Below are positions 46,853 through 55,638 of a stretch of 64,000 nucleotides of DNA, one piece after another. The translations under genes were made by a program, and so were the position numbers. Under the pieces are notes generated by a model. The model had not been told where the DNA came from. It worked only from the letters and a program-made list of their open reading frames with translations, and did no database searches. The stretch covers positions 96,001 through 160,000 of IMG/VR virus record IMGVR_UViG_3300022872_000001; one strand, 5' to 3'. The stretch's first letter is position 1, and every line of letters begins with the position of its first letter. This DNA is from a virus.

Positions 46853-47519
46853 GGCTTTAGGCATTTCTCACTCCCTTCATGGTGTAGGTCTTACCCGCCA
46901 TACTTTGCCTGAGATTAGGCATATATCTAAGGAACAACCTTATTGGGTTTGTATTCTTAACGGTATAGATGCTTTGCGCACGCCTATGCCTAAAAAACCT
47001 TATATTCTTTTCATCTGCGAGTCCTTCGCACGTTTGCAAACGTGCAATGTAGGTCTCCTACCCTTTTCGTCTTATGATAAGCCGTATTCTTGGAATCTTA
47101 CGGACGCTTTATTATACGCATCACATAATCCAATAAAAGATGGTTGGCAATTGGTAGAGAAGAAACCATCAATTGAGGACTATGTAAGCCAAGCGTCAAA
47201 ACCCTCTTTCCTGAATTTTATACAGACAGCACAGTATAAGATTACTCCCTATGCCCTGATGAAGGAAGTAGGTGCATTATGCATTAGCTATCTCAATGGT
47301 ACTACCTCCCAACGCGAGTTATTTCAACGTTTGAAGGCGAGCCATAAATTTGAGAGATTGTTAGCCATAATGAAGTTAGAAGGCTCCCTCAACCTGCGTA
47401 AGGCAGTTGCTCGATTCAAGGAAACACAGGATGTTGAATCGGTAGCTATGGAGTTTGGTGTGGAGCAATTCGAGATTACCTACGTAATTAAGTCAGGCGC
47501 TAAACATAAGGAAAAATAA
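46782..47519 (+). CDS. hypothetical protein, possibly a degenerate clamp-loader delta (HolA)-like subunit
   Basis: N-terminal IQAYGVPGESPQNL is weakly reminiscent of HolA AYLLLGNDPLL. GTG start inside the sbcC 3' end. Confidence 0.5.
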   Translation: MKSHVIQAYGVPGESPQNLSWALEALGISHSLHGVGLTRHTLPEIRHISKEQPYWVCILNGIDALRTPMPKKPYILFICESFARLQTCNVGLLPFSSYDKPYSWNLTDALLYASHNPIKDGWQLVEKKPSIEDYVSQASKPSFLNFIQTAQYKITPYALMKEVGALCISYLNGTTSQRELFQRLKASHKFERLLAIMKLEGSLNLRKAVARFKETQDVESVAMEFGVEQFEITYVIKSGAKHKEK

Positions 47520-47875
47520 TGGCAACGCGTTTAGTTGTTCAACAAATTAATCTGGAAGGTCTACAATATTTGGACATTCCGGATGGCGATCTAGTTTATG
47601 ACGGACGGGAATTTGGTGAACCTTCCAAAGTTAAATATGTGGCATTAGCAATGTCATCGGTCAATGGGGAAACACTGCCTTTCGTGGAACCCTCGACCAA
47701 TATTGCAGCCAACGCCTATATGCGATTGAATGTGGTTAGCCGGTCTACCGTGTCAGTTGCAACTCCCAATCCTGATCTGATCTTAATTGAAGACCCTGCA
47801 GAAGGTCAGTGCATGTGCGGTTTAACCTGCACAGGTACACGTCTTTCCTACGTTCAAGTTCTACCAGTTATCTAA
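47519..47875 (+). CDS. hypothetical protein, possibly structural (118 aa)
   Basis: TAATG coupling; beta-rich composition. Confidence 0.65.
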   Translation: MATRLVVQQINLEGLQYLDIPDGDLVYDGREFGEPSKVKYVALAMSSVNGETLPFVEPSTNIAANAYMRLNVVSRSTVSVATPNPDLILIEDPAEGQCMCGLTCTGTRLSYVQVLPVI

Positions 47876-47893
47876 TCATCTAAAAGAGGAAAT

Positions 47894-48703
47894 ATGAATA
47901 CTCAATTTGGCTTACCCTTACAGGAAGCATCTACACAAACCCTTCTGCCTATTATCTCCATGCCGCGTGGTATGTTGTATGGTTATTTTGTAATTGCAGA
48001 GACCACGTTCGCAGCAGGTAGTGTTCCTGCAACATTTGCCTTAAACGAAGGAGCCGTAAGCATTCAATCAGTCACTCCTCCCGTAGGTGTGAATGATGGC
48101 CACAACTACGGCGTTCCTCAATATGTGGCTGCCGTATATACCGAAGATCAGGCAAAGCTTGAACCGTACGGCGGGTACTCTGCCTTTATCGATATCAACG
48201 ACACAGGCAACTATGCTATGTGGTTGAATCCTTCCTATGCTCGGCAATTGCGGTCTGGTCGAGGTGTTCTTATCAATTCGTTGCTGGTTAATCCGGCTGC
48301 TTACGTCCCACCTGCCCCTGGCTCAGCTACACCACCTAACGTTACTAATGGTACGCAACGTTGGGCAGCCAACCTTACCGTTTCGATCAATCAATTGGGT
48401 TGCTCCTTCTTTGACTTCAATTGGATCCAAACGTTCCAAGCAGTAATGGCAAATACGGTGCCCTTCAATGATGCACAGCCCCTGTCGATTGAGATCGTTT
48501 CGAATCCTACTGGGGGTGCCTTCAAATCCACAATCGTAGGTGGGGATGGTCAGCAAGCAATGTCATCAGGTGCAGTTATCTTCTCTACTTGCCGTATCAT
48601 TCGTTTGCAGGATGTTACTGCTGGTGACTACGTGTTTACCTACAAGGTAACAGATACCAAAGGTCTGAGTTCTACCTGCACTCTCACTCTCACTGTGGTA
48701 TAA
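47894..48703 (+). CDS. probable virion protein with C-terminal Ig-like module
   Basis: GAGGA RBS. Ends AGDYVFTYKVTDTKGLSSTCTLTLTVV, an Ig-like strand pattern. Confidence 0.6.
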   Translation: MNTQFGLPLQEASTQTLLPIISMPRGMLYGYFVIAETTFAAGSVPATFALNEGAVSIQSVTPPVGVNDGHNYGVPQYVAAVYTEDQAKLEPYGGYSAFIDINDTGNYAMWLNPSYARQLRSGRGVLINSLLVNPAAYVPPAPGSATPPNVTNGTQRWAANLTVSINQLGCSFFDFNWIQTFQAVMANTVPFNDAQPLSIEIVSNPTGGAFKSTIVGGDGQQAMSSGAVIFSTCRIIRLQDVTAGDYVFTYKVTDTKGLSSTCTLTLTVV

Positions 48704-48717
48704 TTAGTATAAACCTA

Positions 48718-48747
48718 AGGGTGCATCGGTTAATTCAGGTGCACCCT
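48718..48747 (+). terminator. hairpin, possible terminator
   Basis: AGGGTGCA...TGCACCCT after the 47894-48703 gene. Weak U-tract. Confidence 0.5.
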
Positions 48748-48772
48748 ATCCTTACCTTTAAACCCTTTACCT

Positions 48773-48780
48773 AGTAAATA
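48773..48780 (+). promoter_or_regulatory. AGTAAATA promoter-like motif
   Basis: 37 nt upstream of the clamp ATG, just after a terminator-like hairpin. Confidence 0.55.
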
Positions 48781-48817
48781 GTAGCTGTAACCTTTCATTA
48801 ACTATAAGAGAATAACT

Positions 48818-49903
48818 ATGCAATTATCCTTGGAAGCCTCGGTAATCCACGAAGCCTTACGTGTTGTCATGAAGTTGGCCGCTCCTGTATCCGGTGCCGT
48901 TACCATTCAATCCGATGGTAAAGGTGTAACGATGCACTCTGCGTCAGATGTAAATCGGTGTTCATACAAATTACCAGCTACCGTCAAAGGTAAGGCTGGT
49001 GTTTTCGCTATTGCAGTTGACGCCTTAAGTGCAGCTACCAAAGGACGTAAAACTATTGAGATGATTTATGACAAGACGGTATTAACCATCAAGTCAGGAT
49101 CTTACTCGACCAAGTTGTCCACAGCAGATGCTCTTCAACTCGAATACGACGAGGAAAAGAAGAGTGACAAGATTAAGATCACAGGTGAACAGGCTGTATG
49201 GTTGAAGCAGGCTGTACAAAGTGTGGCTTTGAAACCAACCGCAATTTTGTCAGCATATATGCCTTTGTCTATCAAGCTAGCCAAGAAGGGTGCATTCATT
49301 GCTTGCTATGATACCCAGCATATGGCTTTCCTTACATCAAAGGAAATCGAAGGTGAAATGGATCTCACCTTGCCCTTGGATACGTTGCAGGCAGTTCTGG
49401 ATACATTCAATGCCTCCGCATTCAAGATGGAAATGTCCGCAGCTAACCTATACGTCACCAATGCACTGATTAACGTTGTTTTGGCTTTACCGCAGGCAGA
49501 AGAGAATGCTTTGACTGCGGAAGAGGTTCGTATGAAAGCCAAGGAGGCTTCGGATATCAACGGTAAGCAGATTGAAATTCCCAAGAAGGAAGTAATTGAG
49601 TTTATCGATAACGCCCGTTCCGTAATGACAAAGGAACGTGGAGAACTGAATATCTCCACAGAACCAGGTAAGGTGAAGTTCATGGTAACTACGGTGAACG
49701 GATCTTCCAAGGTTACAATCAAGGCCAATGTTAAGAAGGAAATCAAGATCGATATCGATTATGAATACTTCGAGGAAGCTATCCGCAAGTGTGAGGACTC
49801 GGTTATTATGAAGGTCGTAGGTCAGGACTTCATTATGTTCCAACAAAAGAAGGCAACAGTCCTGGTAGCCCTAAATCAAGGTACAGAGAAGGAAAAGGAA
49901 TGA
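48818..49903 (+). CDS. dnaN: sliding clamp, DNA polymerase III beta-like
   Basis: 361 aa, three-domain size. CYDTQHMAF corresponds to ATDGHRLA; IDIDYEYFEEAIRKC..VIM corresponds to FNxxYLLDAL. Clamp loader nearby. Confidence 0.7.
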   Translation: MQLSLEASVIHEALRVVMKLAAPVSGAVTIQSDGKGVTMHSASDVNRCSYKLPATVKGKAGVFAIAVDALSAATKGRKTIEMIYDKTVLTIKSGSYSTKLSTADALQLEYDEEKKSDKIKITGEQAVWLKQAVQSVALKPTAILSAYMPLSIKLAKKGAFIACYDTQHMAFLTSKEIEGEMDLTLPLDTLQAVLDTFNASAFKMEMSAANLYVTNALINVVLALPQAEENALTAEEVRMKAKEASDINGKQIEIPKKEVIEFIDNARSVMTKERGELNISTEPGKVKFMVTTVNGSSKVTIKANVKKEIKIDIDYEYFEEAIRKCEDSVIMKVVGQDFIMFQQKKATVLVALNQGTEKEKE

Positions 49904-50271
49904 GGATACCTGCTGATATATCTCGTGGCATTTTCTATTCCTTAAACGAAGGTTACGTATTGCTAAACCGAGATATGAAGCAGGGTATGAAACTTGTGGT
50001 TGGTGCGGAACTATCAATCAAATGCATGTTCCAGATTCGAAACCTTTTGTTTGAGGACGTGCGTGTAGGCTTCATCTTTACATCAGGTTTCGAGATTACT
50101 AATCGAGGCGGTTATTTATTGACCTTCTTAAAAGGTAAAAGCCCTGCTGAGGAATATGATGTCTTACTCAAGGATGACTTCATTGTTCTGTATGACTATC
50201 CAAATAGAGGTACCTTGGCAATTTCCCCTTTGGTGAGCGACGAAGTTTTAACCATTTTCCAGGAGCAATAA
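49900..50271 (+). CDS. hypothetical protein (123 aa)
   Basis: ATGA overlap, AAGGA RBS. Confidence 0.7.
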   Translation: MRIPADISRGIFYSLNEGYVLLNRDMKQGMKLVVGAELSIKCMFQIRNLLFEDVRVGFIFTSGFEITNRGGYLLTFLKGKSPAEEYDVLLKDDFIVLYDYPNRGTLAISPLVSDEVLTIFQEQ

Positions 50272-50321
50272 TATGTTCAAGTTACATCCTCACCAGCTCA
50301 AGTTGATGGACAGGAAAATAA

Positions 50322-50876
50322 ATGGCTGATAAGAAATTAAAAATAAGTAATCCCCGAAAACAGATCATGGGAGCCTTAAAGGAAGATTCTGACTTCAAAA
50401 AGTTCCGTAAGATCGTTAAAAGGGTCGAAGAACGTTTGAAGATTCAGGAATTCCTAAGTGAAGCTAAGGCATTGCACGCAGGACGTACCAGCCGTAAACT
50501 ACATGAGAGGAAGCAATTCAACCCCAGAGCCTTGATTGAAGCCTCCACCAAGGACCTCTCTATTCGCTCCCGTTTGGTAGAAATCAGAGTGAACGTTTCT
50601 GTTAATCTATCCAACCTTGAAGAGGCGATAGATGCCGTCAAGCGTTACATATCAACAGAGTTTTATGATGCTTTGTCGGAATACAAAACCGTAGATCTTA
50701 AGAAATCCTTAATCGATAGAGCAATTGCCAGACCTTTGGATATGATGAGTGACACCAAGAGTCTTATCGAAGTTCTGGATATTTTAATCCGCGATATAGA
50801 CCAAAGTAATTTCCACATGAAAACAATGATCGAAGCTTTGAAGCTCCTTGATGATTCGAAAGGTAAAACAATATGA
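50322..50876 (+). CDS. hypothetical helical protein (184 aa)
   Basis: Charged and helical; in the operon near the UvsW-like helicase. Confidence 0.7.
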   Translation: MADKKLKISNPRKQIMGALKEDSDFKKFRKIVKRVEERLKIQEFLSEAKALHAGRTSRKLHERKQFNPRALIEASTKDLSIRSRLVEIRVNVSVNLSNLEEAIDAVKRYISTEFYDALSEYKTVDLKKSLIDRAIARPLDMMSDTKSLIEVLDILIRDIDQSNFHMKTMIEALKLLDDSKGKTI

Positions 50877-51364
50877 CCGTTACTTCGTCTTCCCTGGTTA
50901 GTGCGATTAACCCTAAAGGGTACTCCTTGTCCCAATTATCACAAACCTTTGTTAAGGTTACAGGGGAACAGAATGGAATTCGCTATACAGGATTTATAAA
51001 TCCTCTTGATGATCCTTACAGCATGGCATTCGGATACACCACAGACCATTCGAATAGCGTGCCTACGATCACCACATTCGTTAACGGTACACCTGCAGAT
51101 GATACACAGGCTCTAATTCTTAACAAGTTCTATCAACTAATCGATAAGCAGAAGGTGTACATGCCTATTGCTTCATTTGAAAATGTGGAATGGAGTTTCG
51201 ATATTGACACTATGTGGAATGCATCTGCCATGTTTGAGGTATGGAATTCCAATATGACTTTTAAAGTTAATATGACCATTACTACCTTCACATCAATTCA
51301 ACACTTTATTGCAAGCAATAAGAGTTACTACAATGATGTTGTAATTGAGATTAGCACAAAGTAA
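50873..51364 (+). CDS. hypothetical protein (163 aa)
   Basis: ATGA overlap. Confidence 0.7.
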   Translation: MTVTSSSLVSAINPKGYSLSQLSQTFVKVTGEQNGIRYTGFINPLDDPYSMAFGYTTDHSNSVPTITTFVNGTPADDTQALILNKFYQLIDKQKVYMPIASFENVEWSFDIDTMWNASAMFEVWNSNMTFKVNMTITTFTSIQHFIASNKSYYNDVVIEISTK

Positions 51365-51377
51365 ATAAACGGATACA
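51360..51377 (+). promoter_or_regulatory. AGTAAATA-AAC-GGATACA promoter-like motif
   Basis: The 8-mer ends 33 nt before the helicase ATG. Confidence 0.55.
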
Positions 51378-51400
51378 CCGATAAACGCTCAGGGATCCAA

Positions 51401-52924
51401 ATGTCCGAATTAAAAGTTGTAGCTCGTGAAGCGTTCTTTATCAAAATAGAGGACATAGGTAAGAAGTTGAAAGATAAGATTATCGATCATTATACTTACC
51501 GCTTTTATGAGGAAAAAAGTTGTAAAGAATGTGAGTGGTTGATTGAGCGCCACAGTGATAATTGTGAGGACTGTGCCGCTTATAAAGGTGGCATTCAGAT
51601 GGCCAAGATTGAAAAGATAGGTGATACCAAATATCTATCTACACCTATAGGTGACAAAGCAGGATTAACCAAACTGCTCGAAAAGAAAGGCCATGAAGTA
51701 AAGCTCAGGAAGAAGCACAAGGATACTGACTTCAAACGACCTATCAAGTTCACAGGTACCCTAAAGCCAGATCAGAAGCAAGCAGTTAAGGCTATTTTCA
51801 AATACAAGATGGGTGTGGTGAAAGCTCCTCCGCGAAGTGGCAAGACCGTCCTATCTTCCGCAGCTGTTTGCATGATCGGTAAGAAAACAATCATTTTAGC
51901 CGCTCAGCACTCGTGGTTAGCCGGTTTCCGTGAGACCTTTCTAGGATCAAAGACCCAGAAGCCTTTAACCAATGCCAGAGAGAAACGAGTAGGTTACGCC
52001 CGCAAGTATGCAGATTTTCTCAAGTATGATGTATGTTTGGTTACTTACCAAACCTTCAATTCCGAAGGTGGTCAGAAACTACTCAAAAAGATTCGTGATC
52101 TATTCAACGTGTTGGTTGTTGATGAAGTCCACGGCGCGGCTGCGAACAAATACGCATATGCATTATCACGGTTAAACGTGGAGTACCGTATAGGATTATC
52201 AGGAACTCCTTCTCGGAAGGATGGCAGGATGATTCTTGCTTCCAACCTTATGGGTCCTATTATCCATGAATCAATTGTTAAACGTTTGAGGCCAACTATA
52301 CACCTGACGCGTACAGCTTACTCCAAGGCAGATACAAAGAGTAAAGCTAGGTCAGGCTGGTCATTGATGGTAGGTGCGTTGGAGAAGGACAAGAAGCGTA
52401 TTAAGTTGATTGCAAAATGGGCTTTGTATGATGTGAAGAATGGGCACATGGTGATGATCCCTTTCACACAGCAGAAGCCTATTGCCATGTGCATAGCCAA
52501 GATCAATGAAATGGCAGGGAGGAAGATAGCATATCCCTTCCATGGTAAGATCAGTAAAAATATGCGAGATGAGTATATTGATAAGGCTCGCAATTACAAA
52601 ATCAAAGTACTGGTAGGTAACGCCAAGATGATGAGTACCGGTATCAATATTCCGCGTGCATCTATGCTCTACGAAGTTACTTTATCATCAAATATGGAGA
52701 ATTGCGAGCAACGAATATCTCGTGTACTAACTCCCTATGACGGTAAACCTTCCCCGGGCGTTCGTATGTTCTTAGATGATACTGCGGTTCGCAAGCGTTG
52801 TTTTGCTAACGAATACTGGGGATGCATTCACAAGGTATTTAAACCCATAATTGCGGATAAGGACCTGACAGCCTTGAAGAGTTATTTTTCAGCGAAGAAG
52901 GTAATTAACCACTGGGAATTATAA
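51401..52924 (+). CDS. SF2 DNA helicase (UvsW/XPB-like)
   Basis: APPRSGKT, VVDEVH, GLSGTP, STGINIP, QRISRV. N-terminal CxxC...CxxC. Confidence 0.9.
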   Translation: MSELKVVAREAFFIKIEDIGKKLKDKIIDHYTYRFYEEKSCKECEWLIERHSDNCEDCAAYKGGIQMAKIEKIGDTKYLSTPIGDKAGLTKLLEKKGHEVKLRKKHKDTDFKRPIKFTGTLKPDQKQAVKAIFKYKMGVVKAPPRSGKTVLSSAAVCMIGKKTIILAAQHSWLAGFRETFLGSKTQKPLTNAREKRVGYARKYADFLKYDVCLVTYQTFNSEGGQKLLKKIRDLFNVLVVDEVHGAAANKYAYALSRLNVEYRIGLSGTPSRKDGRMILASNLMGPIIHESIVKRLRPTIHLTRTAYSKADTKSKARSGWSLMVGALEKDKKRIKLIAKWALYDVKNGHMVMIPFTQQKPIAMCIAKINEMAGRKIAYPFHGKISKNMRDEYIDKARNYKIKVLVGNAKMMSTGINIPRASMLYEVTLSSNMENCEQRISRVLTPYDGKPSPGVRMFLDDTAVRKRCFANEYWGCIHKVFKPIIADKDLTALKSYFSAKKVINHWEL

Positions 52925-52942
52925 TGCTGAATTGGAGTTCTA

Positions 52943-53674
52943 ATGAAAGAGCTTAAACCCTCTGATAAGAAACGCAAAGTAGATAAGAGTAGATTGAAGA
53001 AACCGAAACCAGCCAAGGTTGAGGAAGAATACGAGGAAGATGATAGGCCTATCTACCGATCCCCTACCGAAGATGACGATGCACCTGTAGGTAATCGAAA
53101 GATTGAGGTGAAGCAAACTCCTCTGGTTCGGGAGGTAGTACCGGGTCATGTGTTTCGGCAATCAGCTTTTAAATTCCAACCTTCTGCCTTTGGTTTGGAA
53201 TCGCAAAGACTTAATGAGCGCATCATAGAAGCCTCAGTACAAACTAATTCATTGAGTCTATTCCTAAAGGATCCAACCCGGGCTTTGGTGTATAGCGTTT
53301 CCGGTAATCCTGATGAGTCCAAGGCCCGATACTTTGCAGCTTACCTTGTGCAGGAACATATAAAGGCCATGGGGGAATATGCAAATGTAATCTGGTATCC
53401 TATGTATGGAGGTTATAGTAATCCTTTGATGGATAGATCCGATGATCTTGGCATGCCTTCAATGATTGTTTTAACCAACCTGACTCCTGTATCAACTCAA
53501 ATAAAGCTGGAGAAGGCGCGGGATATTCTGGCACGCTATGAGGATATACCTCGCATTGTGGTTAGTGCAGGTATGGATCCTCTATCATTCATGACCACTC
53601 GTTTGCATTCAGCTGTTAATGCGTTGGCGTATTTCAGCGAGTCCTTGGTTAAGATGAAAGTCCAAATTATTTAG
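52943..53674 (+). CDS. hypothetical protein, possibly an inactive P-loop/helicase-loader-like fold
   Basis: YSVSGNPDESKARYFAAYL sits where a Walker A loop plus helix would be, and MIVLTNL at the Walker B position. No intact GK[ST]. Confidence 0.55.
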   Translation: MKELKPSDKKRKVDKSRLKKPKPAKVEEEYEEDDRPIYRSPTEDDDAPVGNRKIEVKQTPLVREVVPGHVFRQSAFKFQPSAFGLESQRLNERIIEASVQTNSLSLFLKDPTRALVYSVSGNPDESKARYFAAYLVQEHIKAMGEYANVIWYPMYGGYSNPLMDRSDDLGMPSMIVLTNLTPVSTQIKLEKARDILARYEDIPRIVVSAGMDPLSFMTTRLHSAVNALAYFSESLVKMKVQII

Positions 53675-53681
53675 GAATGAA

Positions 53682-53906
53682 ATGCTGATTACTATTTCCC
53701 TGAGTACCATACTAGTCATGTTCTGGATAATTCTCGTACTGTGTATGTGGGCATTCCTTGGCACTAAGCTGTACCTAAAGCAAAGAAGGTGTTCGCATTT
53801 ACGGTACAGAGAGAATAGAGCGTGTGCAACTATATGCGTTAAGTGTGGTAAGAATCTAGGTTTTATTGGAAGTGTCCGACACCGTTGGGATGCAGAGGAA
53901 GAATAA
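53682..53906 (+). CDS. small membrane protein with Cys/His cluster (74 aa)
   Basis: N-terminal TM. CSH...CxxxCxxC. Confidence 0.65.
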   Translation: MLITISLSTILVMFWIILVLCMWAFLGTKLYLKQRRCSHLRYRENRACATICVKCGKNLGFIGSVRHRWDAEEE

Positions 53907-54071
53907 CATGACCAATGTCCCCAATGCCACGGTACAGGTATGCGGGCAATAGGTGGAGCTTGCATTCACGGTATTGCATGTCCTTGTCCAAAGTGTTCCT
54001 GTAGTTGTAGTACCGTACCTGACACCATTAAGATGTATGGAACTGTAACCTATGGTAATGTAAATATCTAG
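53907..54071 (+). pseudogene. Cys-rich zinc-finger reading frame continuing in frame after the TAA of the upstream gene
   Basis: HDQCPQCHGTG...CIHGIACPCPKCSCSC...VNI*, with no start codon before the CxxCxGxG motif. Confidence 0.5.
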
Positions 54072-54107
54072 GGCTAACGGTATCGTCCAAACTTTTAGAA
54101 AGAATCT

Positions 54108-54314
54108 ATGACTTTAAAAAGAGAAATAAGTGAGGCGGAGTTAGACGAGGCTGCTCGTAAGGCTCGGAACTTCATCACACTATCAGGTTCCTTAAACTAT
54201 ACATTGAACGAGGTCATGCGTTCCAACGAACCTGACGGAATATTCAATCTGCTGGGTTCCCTTTCAGATGCCGCAATCGCTGCGGTATTAAAAGAAATTC
54301 GAAACACACAATGA
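54108..54314 (+). CDS. hypothetical protein (68 aa)
   Basis: In operon. ATGA overlap with the next ORF. Confidence 0.65.
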   Translation: MTLKREISEAELDEAARKARNFITLSGSLNYTLNEVMRSNEPDGIFNLLGSLSDAAIAAVLKEIRNTQ

Positions 54315-54424
54315 AAAACGTATTCCTATTTATGGCATGGATAGTAGCTTTATTCGATCATTCAATAGCTGCGATTTTTATAAGCTTCTACGCAGCATGC
54401 ACAGTATTTGGAGAAACACCGTGA
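54311..54424 (+). CDS. small hydrophobic peptide (37 aa, below the track cutoff)
   Basis: MKNVFLFMAWIVALFDHSIAAIFISFYAACTVFGETP*. ATGA overlap upstream and GTGA overlap downstream. Confidence 0.6.
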   Translation: MKNVFLFMAWIVALFDHSIAAIFISFYAACTVFGETP

Positions 54425-54972
54425 ACGACATTAGCATAGATTTGGAAACGTTAGGTACACGCTATGATGCACCCATAGTGTCTATAGGAGCTCAAGTATT
54501 TGATCGGAACACTGGTGCTTTAGGTAAAAGCATCTACCTACCCATAGATATAGAATCGTCCCTTTTCTTCGGAAAGGTGGATGCAGCTACACTAAAATAT
54601 TGGATGCAACAGCCGGATAGTGTGAGGGCTATATTCAATTCTCCTACGTATGTACATATACACATTGCCTTAATTCAACTGACCGACCTTATCAAGGAAA
54701 CAGGCCCGGAGGTTAGAGTATGGGGTAATGGTGCAACGTTTGATATCACTATTCTGGAGCACTCCTATTCCAAGGGATTTATAAATCCTCCTTGGGAATT
54801 TCGGTTTATTCGGGATATGCGAACACTGGTTGAAACTGCCAAAGAATTTGGTTTTGATAAGAAGCAAATTCCTTTCGAAGGTGTACCTCATACTGCCTTA
54901 GACGATGCCAAACATCAGGCGAAGGTTATTGCACATTGCTGGCAATTGGTTACAGGAAGGACAAATGAATAA
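54421..54972 (+). CDS. DEDDh 3'-5' exonuclease (Rv2179c/exonuclease VIII N-terminal-like)
   Basis: ISIDLETLGT..PIVSIGA; VWGNGATFDITIL; RDMRTL; HTALDDAKHQA. GTG start with GGAG. Confidence 0.85.
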   Translation: MNDISIDLETLGTRYDAPIVSIGAQVFDRNTGALGKSIYLPIDIESSLFFGKVDAATLKYWMQQPDSVRAIFNSPTYVHIHIALIQLTDLIKETGPEVRVWGNGATFDITILEHSYSKGFINPPWEFRFIRDMRTLVETAKEFGFDKKQIPFEGVPHTALDDAKHQAKVIAHCWQLVTGRTNE

Positions 54973-54988
54973 CATACACAGAGGAATC

Positions 54989-55609
54989 ATGAAAACAATT
55001 GTAACCATTACAGGTCCTACCTGCTCAGGTAAGGATTATCTCTTACAATACTTCCTGTATATAGGGTACGCCAAGCTAGTGTCAGTAACGACGCGTCCTC
55101 CTCGTCCAGGGGAGGTAGAAGGGGAAAGCTACTACTTCATAGGCGAGGAAGAATTTGCCGAACTAAAATCCTCGCAAGCATTTAGTCAAACTGTCGAATT
55201 CTCTCAATACAACTATGGTGTAACGTATTCTGAGATTGAGAAGAAATTGGAGGCCCGTAATAATATAGCTTTCGTTATTGTAGAACCTGGCGGCGTTGAT
55301 CAGTACGCCAAGGTTTGCAAGGAATTAGGCTATGGTCATTTCAAGTTATTTGTAGATACCAAACAGGAAATAATTGAAGCACGTATGCAGGATCGGACGG
55401 TATCCCAACTATCCCAAAAGGAGTTATCGGATACCAAAATTGAAGGCATCCTTCGTAGGTATAAGGAAGTAATTACAGGTAAGGAGCGCGATTGGAATAA
55501 ACTACAGGACTGGGATTTAGTCCTAGATGGAACTATGCCTGGTTTCAAAAACCATACCTATTTTCTGAATGCTTACACTGGCACACAGCTATTGCAGGGT
55601 AGTAAATAA
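54989..55609 (+). CDS. gmk: guanylate kinase-like NMP kinase
   Basis: TGPTCSGKD; VSVTTRPPRPGEVEGESYYFI; YNYGVT. ATG at 54989 with GAGGA. Confidence 0.8.
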   Translation: MKTIVTITGPTCSGKDYLLQYFLYIGYAKLVSVTTRPPRPGEVEGESYYFIGEEEFAELKSSQAFSQTVEFSQYNYGVTYSEIEKKLEARNNIAFVIVEPGGVDQYAKVCKELGYGHFKLFVDTKQEIIEARMQDRTVSQLSQKELSDTKIEGILRRYKEVITGKERDWNKLQDWDLVLDGTMPGFKNHTYFLNAYTGTQLLQGSK

Positions 55610-55618
55610 CAGGATACA
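55601..55618 (+). promoter_or_regulatory. AGTAAATA-ACA-GGATACA promoter-like motif
   Basis: Overlaps the kinase stop. The 8-mer ends 30 nt before the DnaB ATG. Confidence 0.55.
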
Positions 55619-55638
55619 CAATCATTCAAGGATAACAA

